DNA from: Tubulanus polymorphus | Taxonomy: Eukaryota; Animalia; Nemertea | Direction: 5' to 3' | Length of the DNA stretch: 64,000 nucleotides | Assembly: GCF_964204645.1 (NCBI RefSeq) | Contig: NC_134033.1 | Coordinates: 14,764,655 to 14,828,654, forward strand | In this document: in pieces, positions 26,894 through 40,800 of the stretch | Layout: the number at the start of each line of letters is the position of its first letter | Position numbering within the stretch: position 1 is the first letter of the stretch | Made by a program: the position numbers and the translations under genes | The notes under the pieces: model-generated | Told to the model about the DNA's origin: nothing | What the model saw: the letters and a program-made list of their open reading frames with translations, nothing else | Database searches by the model: none

Positions 26894-27752
26894 ATGAACA
26901 GTTAAAACCAATGCTGCTAACGGAATGAAACTATGTTGAAGAAAGCATACTAAAATCACATAAATGGATAGTCGGAATTTTCATTGTGTATTTGAATAAC
27001 GGGTATAAATATCCTTGTCAAAATCGTGGTTATTTGAAAATAAAGCAGTAACTTGAAAAATACTCTGATGAATTCTTATTTTTCATTTTTTCATCGTAGT
27101 TTTCTGCATTGGTTCATTACTGTCGTCATTCATCCTTTAGGTTGTATCTATCAGCTATTGTTTACCTTTTCCTTATTCAGTAAGCTTTAAATGGCTTGTG
27201 CATTTATCCTATATATGTGTTCAAGGCATACGCATTATGCTTCTATAAAAGCAAGAGCCACAAATGGTCCATTCTTTTCCGCTCAATTCTTACGTAAAAG
27301 CTAGTACTAGACCATATGAGTTTATTCTAAAAAAAACAAACACGTTTCCTTAAAATAACTAACACCTATGCCTCAGTACCAAATGGCTGAAAGGAGAAAT
27401 GCTTGGTAGAACTTTTCCAATGCCAATTGATACTACTTTGTTAGAAGCATGATGTGATGACTATCCAACAGTACAATGCGCTTAAGAGTTACAAAACAAT
27501 TTTTGAAGCAATGATACGAAGATTTTTCAAAAAATAACACTCATGAAGCTCGTGACACACTGACGAATTCGGTAACTGGTGTCACAAATTCGGCGAATAT
27601 AATAGCTTGATTCGTGTGAATCACTTTTGTCGACTACAAATGCATATTAAAGAATACAATGTACGGAGAAGATCGATTCATCGAATGAATGTCACCCTAA
27701 AAAGTTCGCCTAGTGTGTCGCCAGCTAAATATATTTCTGATATTATGTATAG

Positions 27753-29641
27753 GACATGGTGGCAACATTGGGGTTACTGGCATGTATGGAGGACACCAAG
27801 CCGCGGCAATGGGTGCTGGCGCAGCTAATGCAGGTCACGGCGGTGGCTTCGGAGGCCACATGGGAACTACAGGAATGTATGGAGGACATCAAGCCGCTGC
27901 GATGGGTGCTGGTGCTGCTAATGCAGGTCACGGCGGTGGCTTCGGAGGCCACATGGGAACTACAGGAATGTATGGAGGACATCAAGCCGCTGCGATGGGT
28001 GCTGGTGCTGCTAATGCAGGTCACGGAGGTGGATTTGGTGGCCAAATGGGAGTCACCGGCATGTCAGGAGGACACCAGGCCGCTGCAATGGGTGCTGCAG
28101 CAGCAAATGCAGGTCACGGAGGTGGATTCGGAGGCCAAATGGGAATCACTGGCATGTCAGGAGGACACCAGGCCGCTGCAATGGGAGCTGCAGCAGCAAA
28201 TGCAGGTTACGGAGGTGGATTTGGAGGCCAAATGGGAATCACTGGCATGTCTGGAGGACATCAGGCTGCTGCAATGGGAGCAGCAGCAGCAAATGCAGGT
28301 CACGGAGGTGGATTTGGAGGCCAAATGGGAATCACCGGCATGTCTGGAGGACACCAGGCCGCTGCAATGGGTGCTGGTGCTGCTAATGCAGGTAACGGAG
28401 GTGGATTTGGAGGACATATGGGAACTACAGGAATGTCAGGAGGACACCAAGCCGCTGCAATGGGTGCTGGTGTTGCTAATGCAGGTAACGGAGGTGGATT
28501 TGGAGGACATATGGGAACTACAGGAATGTATGGAGGACATCAAGCCGCTGCGATGGGTGCTGGTGCTGCTAATGCAGGTCATGGAGGCGGATTCGGAGGT
28601 CACATGGGAACAACAGGAATGTCAGGAGGACATCAAGCCGCTGCAATGGGAGCTGGTGCTGCTAACGCAGGTCATGGAGGCGGATTCGGGGGACATATGG
28701 GAACTACAGGAATGTATGGAGGACATCAAGCCGCTGCAATGGGAGCTGGTGCTGCTAATGCAGGTAACGGAGGTGGATTCGGAGGACATATGGGAACTAC
28801 AGGAATGTCAGGAGGACATCAAGCCGCTGCAATGGGTGCTGGTGTTGCTAATGCAGGTAATGGAGGTGGATTCGGAGGTCACATGGGAACAACAGGAATG
28901 TATGGAGGACATCAAGCCGCTGCAATGGGTGCTGGTGCTGCTAATGCAGGTCATGGAGGCGGATTCGGAGGTCACATGGGAACAACAGGAATGTCAGGAG
29001 GACATCAAGCCGCTGCAATGGGTGCTGGTGCTGCTAATGCAGGTCATGGAGGTGGATTCGGAGGCCATATGGGAACTACAGGAATGTATGGAGGACATCA
29101 AGCCGCTGCAATGGGTGCTGGTGCTGCTAACGCAGGTCATGGAGGCGGATTCGGAGGTCACATGGGAACAACAGGAATGTCAGGAGGACATCAAGCCGCT
29201 GCAATGGGTGCTGGTGCTGCTAATGCAGGTCATGGAGGTGGATTCGGAGGCCATATGGGGACTACAGGAATGTATGGAGGACATCAAGCCGCTGCAATGG
29301 GAGCCGGTGCTGCTAACGCAGGTCATGGAGGCGGATTCGGAGGTCACATGGGAACAACAGGAATGTATGGAGGACACCAAGCCGCTACGATGGGTGCTGG
29401 TGCTGCTAATGCAGGTCATGGAGGTGGATACGGAGGCCATATGGGAACTACAGGAATGTATGGAGGACATCAAGCCGCTGCGATGGGTGCTGGTGCTGCT
29501 AATGCAGGTCATGGAGGTGGTTATGGAGGCCACATTGGAACTACAGGAATGTATGGAGGACACCAAGCCGCTGCAATGGGCGCTGGAGCCGCTGGTACTG
29601 GTGTTGTTGGTACAGGCGGTGCTGGTATGTACGGTCGCTAA
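27753..29641 (+). CDS. Large Gly/Ala/Met/His-rich exon, ~20 copies of a 31-aa (93-bp) repeat; own signal exon not found
   Basis: Phase-1 acceptor tgtatag|GACATGGT; unit GHGGGFGGHMGTTGMYGGHQAAAMGAGAANA; variation among units largely at third codon positions in this frame; ends MYGR*. Confidence 0.85.
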
Positions 29642-32600
29642 AATGGCGTTTGGTGTCATGCCATTCTACAACAATTTCAAAGTAGACATATTCTGTTATG
29701 TAATGGAAATTCCATGAGAAGAAAATTAAAAAGATGAATGATAAAAAATTATGCATACTCTTTCTTTGTACCTTTCGAAATATATGAACGAATGGTTAGG
29801 ATCTCCGTCAAGGAAATGTCATTGATGTACATAAATGGGTCTAAATATCAACGAGTATTCACCAGGCAGCCGGAATAGAAAGGACAACGAGAAACTTTAT
29901 TTATTAAACGAGAACAGTCAAGTCCATTAACAGAAGCCTTTAAAAAGCCTTGAAATAAAAGTAAGGTGTCTCGATTACCATTCAAACCACGGTATAGTTA
30001 TTATCATATTTATGATATTATATTATAAAGTTTTTATTATATAAACTTGATACGTCCATGGCTGGCTTAACCTATTGCATAGACTGCAAACGGGCCTGCT
30101 GCTTTAACCAGTGAGCATCGGCTATAGAAATTGACCATGATACACGAATTCGTGTTGTGTTATATTGTGCTGAATGTCTAGAACCATACCATCCCAAACT
30201 ACAGAGGTTCCATGGTATATATAGTATAAAACTAGATTCCTTCTACAGGCCAGTGGGACAAAAAAGAACTTCATCAAAAAGAACTTGCAACATGAACAAT
30301 TCAATTCGTTGGTGAAGATGGCCATCCCTATCATTATAGGTATGCCCATGTAACACCTGAGAATAATATCAAACCTTTGTCGTAGTTTTGAACAACTGTT
30401 ACTGTCTGACATAAAGCTTTTACAGTTCTTCTGAACTTAGAGCTGGATATTAGTGCCTGGAAAATCCAGCCAGAAACTCATTATTCATGATTAATATGTC
30501 TACGATATGCAACAGGTCTATAATGACACGAGCAGAAACTGAATCTGAGGTAAAATACAAAATTGGACAAATAAATTGCAGACGATAGACCGATTGAAAA
30601 CGGGTTTTCACGTGTCCCTCGACCTTCATCTTCATCAAACCATTCATGAAAATTAGGAAAACGAAATATATTTCCTTTCAATGTAGATTCCGTACACCGT
30701 GTCTCACCAGATGGCATTAAGAGCAGTCAGTCATTCATTAAAGAGACGAGTTCATTCTGATTTATTTGGAATGTCGAAGAAATCGAACGTGACGATCCGA
30801 CTAACTACCTACCAGCCAACCTGGCGGATCTTCGCCTGCCATACGTGGATTCCTCGATTTGGCAGTACCGCCACTTATAGTTGGACGTCAACCTTACGCT
30901 CCTCTGTAACTCTAGCACCATCTACCCATCCCAACCCGCAGGAGTTTCACCATACAGTCAGTGCAAGCACTAGATTCATTTTACAGGCCAGGACTAGTTT
31001 AAATGTTGATAAAAGGAACTTGCAACATGAACAAATGAATTTGTTGTTGAAATTAAAGATCATTCCTATCATTGGAGACTATGTGTACGTATAACCCGCA
31101 AGAACGATTATAAATTGTTGTCGTATTTTGAACAACTGCTACCGTCTGGTATACAGATTATTCAGAATTTTGAGCTGGAGATTATTCAACAAAAAATCAT
31201 CTGTTTCATACCATCAAGCTCAGATGACAATTTTTTCGTAACATTTGTCATTATAAAAATCCTCGCACTGTATAATGATAAAGTAGGCCCTATCTGTACG
31301 GGAAACAAGACACGGAAACCACACCTAAAGGGTGGTCGTCAATATAGAAATGGATTGGTGTTAGTCAAGGATGGTTCGATAGAACCACAGATTGATCTGC
31401 ATATCAATCAATAATAGATTTCTACGTGATGAAAATTACACTTTTGGCATTGTGTTAGGGTATGAAGGAAATATGTTCTTATTTACAAATATCGTGACGC
31501 CCTCTAAAAACCGTTACAATAATGCATGAGAACATTGATAACCGCTACGCCTTATCTAAGGGGTTCTGTATGAGTCGATGTGCACAACGTCATCAATATC
31601 GGCGTTTCAAAACAACTATAACAATAGTGAATTTTTACGTTTGCTTTATAATAAAATATATTTCATAACTCTTATTCTATATTTCATAAATTTTGATTAT
31701 CATTTTTGAGAAGATGAGCACTACCTACGTATTAGGCCTAGACTGGTTGCCAGTCAATTCAATTCAATTATCGATATTCAAATTCAAATTAACTTTGATT
31801 GGTTCGTTCCAAGGCACTACTACGTGTCGCTTTTAGGTTTTCTACATCATAACATATCAATGCTCAAATGTTATCCTCATCGGACAAGGAGTAGTAAATT
31901 CATGAAAATATCCGGGAAAAGTTACTGTATTCTACATTTTGGATATAGAAATGAATTAGGGTCCAACATTTACTTTCAGAATATGTATTTATAAGGCCTT
32001 ATGTTTATGGTCATTGGCGCCAGTTTTGTTCAAAGTTATCCTGTGATCCGAGACTAGTTATGAATTAAATAAAAAACCTATATAGAAGCTTGAAAACAAT
32101 TCATAGGAATTAAGTTACTGTTTAAACTCTCATGCAGAAAATCCTAGTGAATATCGTCGTTCTGACGACTTACCCTCAACAAACCAGGGCTTCATGAAAA
32201 TAAAATGAAAACGAATTTATTTTTCCGGCACGGTTGCGTGAAAATATTCAGCAGGATTATTTGAATGTTTAACACAACTCTGATGATTTATGCAAAAAAC
32301 TCACAAGCTGCTTATGTGAAAAAAAGTCAATTTACATGTACTCCATTGCATATACTGACTATTTTCTGCTTTTAGTCAATTGTTGTAAATCTCGAGCATC
32401 AACAAGACGATAAAAAAAATCTGAGGTAAGTGACAAAACTTAACCAGTAGCAGAAGCTGTGGTGACTCGGGAATGAACCAGGCCCTAAGCTACAATGGAG
32501 CGTACGTTTGCCCTGACAGGGTTTCGTGTGAAGGCAGTCACTGTCAAGATATCAGGTTCGATTGCCAGTGGGCCGAGTATGACTCGGAGAGTAAAACGAA

Positions 32601-33616
32601 AACAACGAAAAAGGTCAAATATTCTATTAAATTCCGTTTTGGGGGGAAATCTTTGTTTAAAACGGACTTTTCGTTTTGGCTTTCTGGCATCCTAATTTGC
32701 GTACTAATAATTAGGAGTTTCATGTTATGGAATTTTTCAGCCACCATTACATGCAATTCATCATTCACTTTCAGAATATGTACAAGACTCTGTTCATCGC
32801 ATTGGCTTTGTTTATGGTCATTGGAGCCATCGCCGCAGAAGGTAATTGCTTGCTCGATTCCGTTCACTTGTATATGATTCAGTACTAGTTCCAGCGGAAA
32901 ACCCGTTAACAGTCAAATTAAATTCAGAACTGCATACATGAACCGAGTCCAGTAGCTTGGTAAATGCACCCCTAAATATCTCAATTTATTGTTATCGCAG
33001 AAGTTAAGGTTGTAAAGAAGAGAGAGCATACTTGCATGTGTAATGGAAAGAGTGGAAAATACTCGATGAAAGGTGGATCAGGCTGTTGTAAAACGTTTGG
33101 CTATTGCTGTCCTAACTAATTTCGAAATAAAAAATTCCTGATCATCAAACAATTGACTGTCGTGTTTCAATGATAACCGGCGGTAAGATTAGTAATGACA
33201 CCAGCCAAGCAGTCGTACTTCACCAATTGTCTGGAAAGGGTCGATCGACTTCTGAAGGTTTGGGCCCAGACTGCAGATGATACCTTTGCATAAATTTCGG
33301 CAAGCGGAAGAAGACACCGATTCGTGTTCAATAAAACAAACATAAAAATCCGTACATTTTTCGCAATTCATTATCAGTAATTTATTCGTAATAATATCGA
33401 CATATACACGCAATGAATGCACACACAAAACATCCAAATCACAATCAGGCAATTGCATACGTACATTCCAACATCGGTTCTACACTAACGAGGCCTAAAC
33501 GACGAAACACAATAGAGTCACCTTACATAAGAGGCGTGGAATCATCTTTAGTATGAAATTGTGTTCAACTGTAGAATAATCGACTAAAATAGACGATTCC
33601 CGGTTGTCCAACGATA

Positions 33617-33791
33617 TACAGTAAAGCCCCATTAAGTTGGATCGTTTTGGAGCCGGGATTTTTGTCCGACATACTAAGTGAAAATCCGACTTAACATCGC
33701 GAGTAAAGGAAATGGCCCAAACAATCTACTGATACGACCCGTGTTGAAATACGACTTAATAAACAATCCTACTCAAGCGGACTTGACTGTA
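33617..33791. mobile_element. Tc1/mariner-type MITE
   Basis: TA|CAGTAAAGCCCCATTAAGTTGGAT ... ATCCTACTCAAGCGGACTTGACTG|TA: imperfect TIRs and TA target duplication. Confidence 0.6.
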
Positions 33792-34810
33792 TAAGCATAA
33801 CGTTATCCCGAGGCGCTAGCTTTGTATGTTCTCATACGACTGCGCTACCTACATGAGGTTCGAGTCACAGCATATCGACAGTTTTCTACTCCGTCTAAAT
33901 GATGCTGGACATTCTTTGCTTTGTTATCAACAGAACTAATTTCTAAAACTACTGTATTCATATATTAAACTTAAACTTGCATTGCGATCATAACCAATAT
34001 CAAAACACCTACTTATTCATTGTTAAACTTGATTTTTATGTATCGATCAAATGATTAAATGATTTCTTTGGTGTTACTTAAAAATGCATAACCTGCCGGA
34101 GCGACAAGTTCAGTAGATATTAAGTACAAGTGAGGTACCTTCACTGCCTAACTGGGATCACTCACTTACTGAATGATAATTATGAAAATTCCGCCGAATA
34201 AAAAAATATTGCATCATTTCATTAGATAAAAACTTCTAAAACATTTCACGAAGATATAATCATAAATACCAGCAAAGCCGAATCGATGCATATCGGAAAA
34301 AACAATCGTACAATCAAAAGCATTATTTTTCGTTAATTTATAAGATGATAATCATATTTACAAAAAAAACTCATTAAATATAAATCCACGATAGAGACAC
34401 GAGTTCAGTTAAAATTCATTGATTGAATCGTCAACCTTGCACAAGTCTGATCTCAATGAGAAGGCAATATCGGTGTACAGCCATGGACATGTGCGACACA
34501 AATTTGCTTGAAAAATCTTCATTTTCGAAATGAGTCCGAAATGATGGCTTCAGATTGCGTAGCTGCCAAAGAAACCACCCGGTTAAAAACATATTGACTA
34601 TGAAATTAAAACTTGGCTTCAAAATCGCGTCATTGTAAATCAATTCAATCATTATTAGGGTAGGCTACATTTCAATTTCAGATACATAGTTCGAAATTTC
34701 TTCTTTTTCTCGGAGAACAATTTCTTTTAGTAGATCTGCCCACATCCCGATTGAGTTAAAGTTTAAAATGTCGAGCGACGACCACCGGTCTCCGTCGACA
34801 ACCGTGATCA

Positions 34811-37800
34811 TCAGTCCGATTGTTGCACGTCGAAATCCGATTCGGGCACGGCCGGCGTTTTAGCCACTTCGAAAAACACCCTGAAACGAGAAACAAACCG
34901 ACGATAAATAATAACCGGCCGACGTTGAAAATTCATGTAAAGGTTTTCAACATCTAACAGGCTTTCGGTGACCATTGTTGAAACATTAATGTAGTAGTAG
35001 TAGTGCGTTGAAGATGGCATCAACTAATGACTAATTTAGGACGCAATCAAAACGTGGTAATACACTTCAAGCAGGGTTCATAGTCTCCATGACCCATCCT
35101 CCCTCTGCAGGGACTCGAACCTGATGGCATCGCTACACTCAGCCACGGCACGAACCCCTGCATCAGTAGACCAGGTGCGCAGGTACATGCGGGGGAGGAT
35201 GCCATGACCAGTCTCATTCCACGACTTTCAAGCACCTTTTTGACCCCAATTCAATGACCCGATTCGTCGATCAAATAGACAATAATAGTTCTTTATTAAC
35301 TGACTTCGACTATTAAATGGGTTAACGGTAAAAATCCCCCTACTTGGTGGAAGTGACTTCTACCACGGAACCTTGTTATAACAACCTCAGATACACGTAC
35401 ATGTATACGAATCTAAAAATTTGTCCAAAACCGGAAAATTTCAATCATTTCATACCAGATATAACGAACTATCAGTTATGACTAACATATCTCTCGGATT
35501 GGCCATAACCGGGTGGCCACTTCCTAGCCTTTTACAAATCCCCTGAGTTGAAAATGGGCGTATCAAAGATTTCACCCGGTCCTGGCAGTGCGGTTGTCTC
35601 CAGAGAGATCTCACTCTACCACCCTAGTGTAGCCATCAGATGCTAAGGTTCCCGGTGAAATTTTAAAGTTATGCGTGCGCATTTTATCTCACTTACTTAT
35701 GAGAGTATTTCGTCTTGATTGTTTGCACGTTTTTGAACGGCGGGACGGCTAGCATTCGATTGAGTTTTTTCGCGAGTGGCATCAGTTGCCGTTCCGTGAA
35801 ACCGGTGTAAAACACGAGCGTCTGTGACTGAAAATAGAACGACGACGGAACATCCGTTTTAGAAAATTGCTCGTCGAAGATTCGAGTCGAAACATTAACA
35901 CTGGCAGTTTTACTTCAATTGTGGTTTACCAAATATATTCGTCAACAGAATTAGTGATGTATCTCAGAAAAACTGAAATACGCGTGCTTTCATTTTTTTA
36001 CAAGCATTATGTAGACTTTTAAGTTCCTGACTGGTAGATCTTCGTTTCTGTTCATAACCTTCCTTAGTAACATCTATATTTCTTAACTACTGGGCAGAGT
36101 TTTATAGACTGGTATCATCTTTAACCCGGGGCTGACTCAATTGAAAATCAATTGAGTTAGCCCCCGGGTTAGACATAATACCAGTCTAAAAAGCTCCAGG
36201 GGGCCAGTTCCATAATGAGGGCTTAGACTTAAGACCAGTCTAAGACCAACTTAGTTCTATAACCGATCAAACAACTTAAGTTCAGGCTTAAGATTTAAGA
36301 CCACTTTTGGTCTTAAGTCTTCACTATGGAACCGGCCCCTGATTATTAGGTTTCTTTCTCTGATGATGAAGTTTGTCAACGTTTTTTCATTCATCCCTGT
36401 TCCGAGGAAAACTATGACTCTACTCAGGATGATTTGAAATTAACATACACCGGTAAATCCGATCTATAGAACTGATTGTCCTAATTCGTAAAACATCATT
36501 TTACGCTTGCATTAGTCACATCGGTGACATATCATAATAAATTGAAAACAATCCGAGTGCAGGTTCTACTCACCCAGGCTCCTGATTTCTTCATTTTGAA
36601 AGCGAGCAGCAAACAAGCGGCCGCCAGTTCCGAGTCGGTGTAAATCAGGTAGTTATAATCCATCTGAGAATATTCGAGAATGTACCGAGCCATCGTTAAC
36701 AGTTCCATCGACGATTTACAACACTGGAAAAAATTGTTTTTTAAAGATTTGATGCAACTAGCTAGAGAAGCAAACTTTGGAATAATTGGAACTTTAGTAC
36801 TTCGATGCACTTGCTATTACTGTTTGTATTGAAGGTTTTGAGATTTTTCAGAAAAGGAAAATATTTCATAAGCCAGGGTTCTTACAGGTTTCCCAATTAC
36901 ATTTTCAATAGTTTTTCCATACTCAGATTATAAACTTCCTATGCCCCTAAGTTATACATTGCCAAACTAGAACAGGCAATTGTCAATCAAAGCAAATAAG
37001 TACCAATTATCAGTACCATCGACGAAGGTGTTTCCCATGGAAACGTCCTGGGGATATGAGAAAAACATCTCAAATTCCTTGTCTCTTCCCTGATCTGTGA
37101 AAACCCTGGTGTCGGACAAGTTAAACGTACCTTCGAGAAACGCCGCAAGAATCTGTACGACGAAGGAAGCCCGATGTCGAAACACATCGTGCGTAAAATG
37201 TGCTGTTCCATGCGTATGATCTGTTCACGGTTGTACGCGTCGTCGCATATATACAGAAAATCATCGAGCAACGGCGGACACCTTTCCTGAAATCGGTAGC
37301 GAAAAAACAATCATATTTCATCGACCACAAATCATTGAGAGAAGTAACGCACTCCCCGAGATGACCCCCCCGAAACATTTAGAAATCAACGGCACAATAG
37401 TCCTCTTATCAACTTCAATAACCATCATTTCTTAAAAAACAATATTCCAAGTATATATCTGAAGCCTGCATACCTCAAGACATTTTTAATTGAAAATGAA
37501 CTACAAACACCAGACATTAGACATTTTATCAGCACACTTTCTAAAACTGATCATCCACACTGTGTTCAGAACTTTACTGGAGATATTTTTAATTGAAAAT
37601 GAACGACAAACACCAGACATTAGACATTTATTTTTATCAGCACACTTTCAAAAACTGATCTCTTCACTTCACATGTGTCCAGGACTTCAGTCAAGAAACT
37701 TTCAATAGAAAATTAACTACTAACACATTAGACATTTTATCAGCTCACTTCCGAAAACTGATCGTTCAAATTTTGCATGCGTTCACGACTTCAATCGCCT

Positions 37801-40800
37801 GAGACAATCTTTATCGATAATGAACTACTCACACCAGACATTGATTCAGAAATCAGCAAAACAGATCAATCTTAAATTATACTAGCGCCCAAATTACTGA
37901 CGCGCCATTGCTACACTCAGATAAGGGGTGATATCGAGGAACTTACGTCGAATTTACACGAGATAAACAAAGCGGCCGTCGCGACCAGTTGCAGTTTCTC
38001 ACGTCTGACGACGACCTTCGATAAATACAGATCGAACAGACGGATCGCCAGATACAACGTCTCGTGGTTCAACTCGAAGTTCTCTTGTATTTCGACGAGC
38101 CAATCGACGACGATCGCGCGCATCTGAATCGTGATCTCGGTTTGTCGTTCTAAATACGGCGACACCATGAACTTCATCTGAAAATGTAGTTTGAGGAAAA
38201 ATTCTAAACTTGATGAATCACTAAACAAGTTTTCCCTAAGTGAATCTGCAGCAGGTTAATGGAGAAATTCCCAGAATCTGCAGCAGGGGAATGGAGAAAT
38301 TCCCAGAGTGAATCTGCTGCAGGGGAATAGAGAAATTCCTAGAATCTGCAGCAGGGGAATGGAGGAATTCCCTGAGTGAATCTGCTGCAGGTGAATGGAG
38401 AAATTCCCACAGTGAATCAACTGCAGGTGAATGGAGAAATTCCCCAAGTGAATCTACTGCTGGGGAATGGAGAAATTCCCCGAGTGAATCTGCTGCAGGT
38501 GAATGGAGAAATTCCCCGTGTGAATCAACTGCAGGTGAATGGAGAAATTCCCCAAGTGAATCTACTGCTGGGGAATGGAGAAATTCCCCGAGTGAATCCG
38601 CTGCAGGCGAATGGAGAAATTCCCCAAGTGAATCTGCAGCAGGGGAATGGAGAAATTCCCCGAGTGAATCTGCCGCAGGCGAATGGAGGAATTCCCCAAG
38701 TGAATCTGCAGCAGGGGAATGGAGAAATTCCCCGAGTGAATCTGCCGCAGGCGAATGGAGGGATTCCCCGAGTGAATCTGCAGCAGGGGAATGGAGAAAT
38801 TCCCCGAGTGAATCTGCCGCAGGCGAATGGAGGAATTCCCCAAGTGAATCTGCAGCAGGGGAATGGAGAAATTCCCCAAGTGAATCTGCTGCAGGGGAAT
38901 GGAGAAATTCCCAGAGTGGATCTGCTACAGGTGAATGGAGAGATTCCCAGAGTGAATCTGCTGCAGGTGAATGGAGAGATTCCATGAGTGAATCTGCTGC
39001 AGGTGAATGGAGGAATTTCCTGAGTAAATCTGCTGCAGGGGAATGGAGTGAATCCTGATTTTCTGTGATCTGTACGAACCCTGTATCCATCATCCACTCA
39101 CCTCTCTTTCTTTGTAATATTCAAATATATCGTAAGCGTACTCTCCTACATGGAATAAATCCGACATATTCTCTTTGTCCACGTCGACAATTCCCTAAAA
39201 AAGAAGCAAAATACTGCAGATAACTTAACGCCCGGAGGACCTGACACACTTCAGCGCAACCTCTGATCAGTAACACTCCATAATTTTCAATAATTAGAAG
39301 CCTACCATTTTGTTTTTGTATTGTTCTAGGCTGGATTTTGTATCGTCGCTGTTCTCATTAGTTTTCACATCCTTTTCATTTTCTGACCTAAAAGGCGAAA
39401 ATCAAATCAACATCATTGAAAAGTTAAAACGACTATTTTTAGCCCGATTTCGCACACTTGTGTATACTTTAACTAAACTAAACTAAATATGAATAAGTAA
39501 GCCCCAGGTTAAAGGTTAAATACCAGTCTATACAACTGGCGCCAGTGTTGCTCTTAAAAAAGTTTTTAGGCTTTTATGATTTTTTCAACTTAAACACAGG
39601 GACTAACTGAATTGAATTCGAATAAGTTAGCCCCGGGTTAAAGTTAAAAGTAAAGCACCAGGCTTGGTTTCATAGATGTGGAAGAAAAATAGTCCCTGGG
39701 AACATTTTAAAATTTGTCTGTTATAACCATGGTTTCTCATTGTAACTATGGTGGTTGTCACCCAGATTGAGGATTTACCCCTAGGGATAACTTTGATACT
39801 CGGTCTATGAATCCAGGATCCAGTTCCACAGTAGTGAGTTTTGAGTTGAAGTTAGTTCATTTTCAATTAGTTAACTAGTCAGCCCCGGGTTAAAACACCA
39901 GTCTATAGAAATGGGCCCAGGGTTGTTGGATGATTTCCAACAAGTCAAGGGCTCGAAGAATTCACTCACTCGATATTTTTAACGGGTGAATTTTCACAGC
40001 TATTCGGCGCTTGTATGACGTGCGCGAGCGTATCGGTGAACTGTTCACACGTGTAATAACTATCCTCCTGAGACGACTTCGACTCCTGCGAACTCTGACT
40101 AGACGACTCTTGAGACGACTGCGACGAACTCCTCTGCGACAAACTGATCTCGTTATTTTCATCTTTGTTTTCGACTTGATTTCGCGACGCGGATTTCGTC
40201 GTTTTTTTCGTCGCCGTCTTCCGCGATGCTTTCAGCGTCGTTTTTTTAGCGGGCGCCGTCGCGTTGTTGCGCGATAGTTTATTCTCCCTCTAGAAGTAGA
40301 CGAAAATCGACAGAAAAATGAATTCGAGTTTATGAGTTTAGAGTCACCGTTCAAATACAGGGTCGGTGGCCACTTTTATTCTAATTGCTTTTTTCACTAA
40401 GAATTCAATCAATTAACACGTAGTCAAATACTTAAGACATAAATGGAAACTGTTGGATTATACACACAAAATTAGCAATCTCAAATTTCTCCGAGTGATT
40501 TCCAGGTAAGTGGCCACCCAGAAATACGTTCTTAAAACGCTGCTTGTAGTAGTCGAACCGCACTTAAGCACTTTTTTCTGAATCCAGAATTCGAAGACAA
40601 TTTCCAGGAATACAACAGACTTTTATTTTACTTGCTTGGTAGTAGGCCCAGTGGAATTTGCACATTAGAGAAATTAGACAGCAATTATACCAGTCAGTAG
40701 AAATTTCCTTTGATATTGAGTTAAAAAAGTACTTTTCAGCAATATCGAGATTTCACCGCAATAGTAACACTAATCTGTAAGCCTGTTTTTCCGAAAGTTA

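Noticed and set aside
20418-26959. Antisense and off-frame ORFs over the Gly-rich genes (326, 208, 231 aa and others)
   Set aside because: Expected shadows of GGN-rich repeats; signal exons, splice sites and poly(A) signals support the Gly-rich + frame.
27756-29717. 653-aa ORF in the alternative + frame
   Set aside because: Shadow frame of the 93-bp repeat; unit variation is largely synonymous in the Gly-rich frame and non-synonymous in this one.
38236-39097. Repetitive ORFs of 285, 203 and 190 aa
   Set aside because: Products of the 36-bp minisatellite inside a well-defined cyclin B3 intron.
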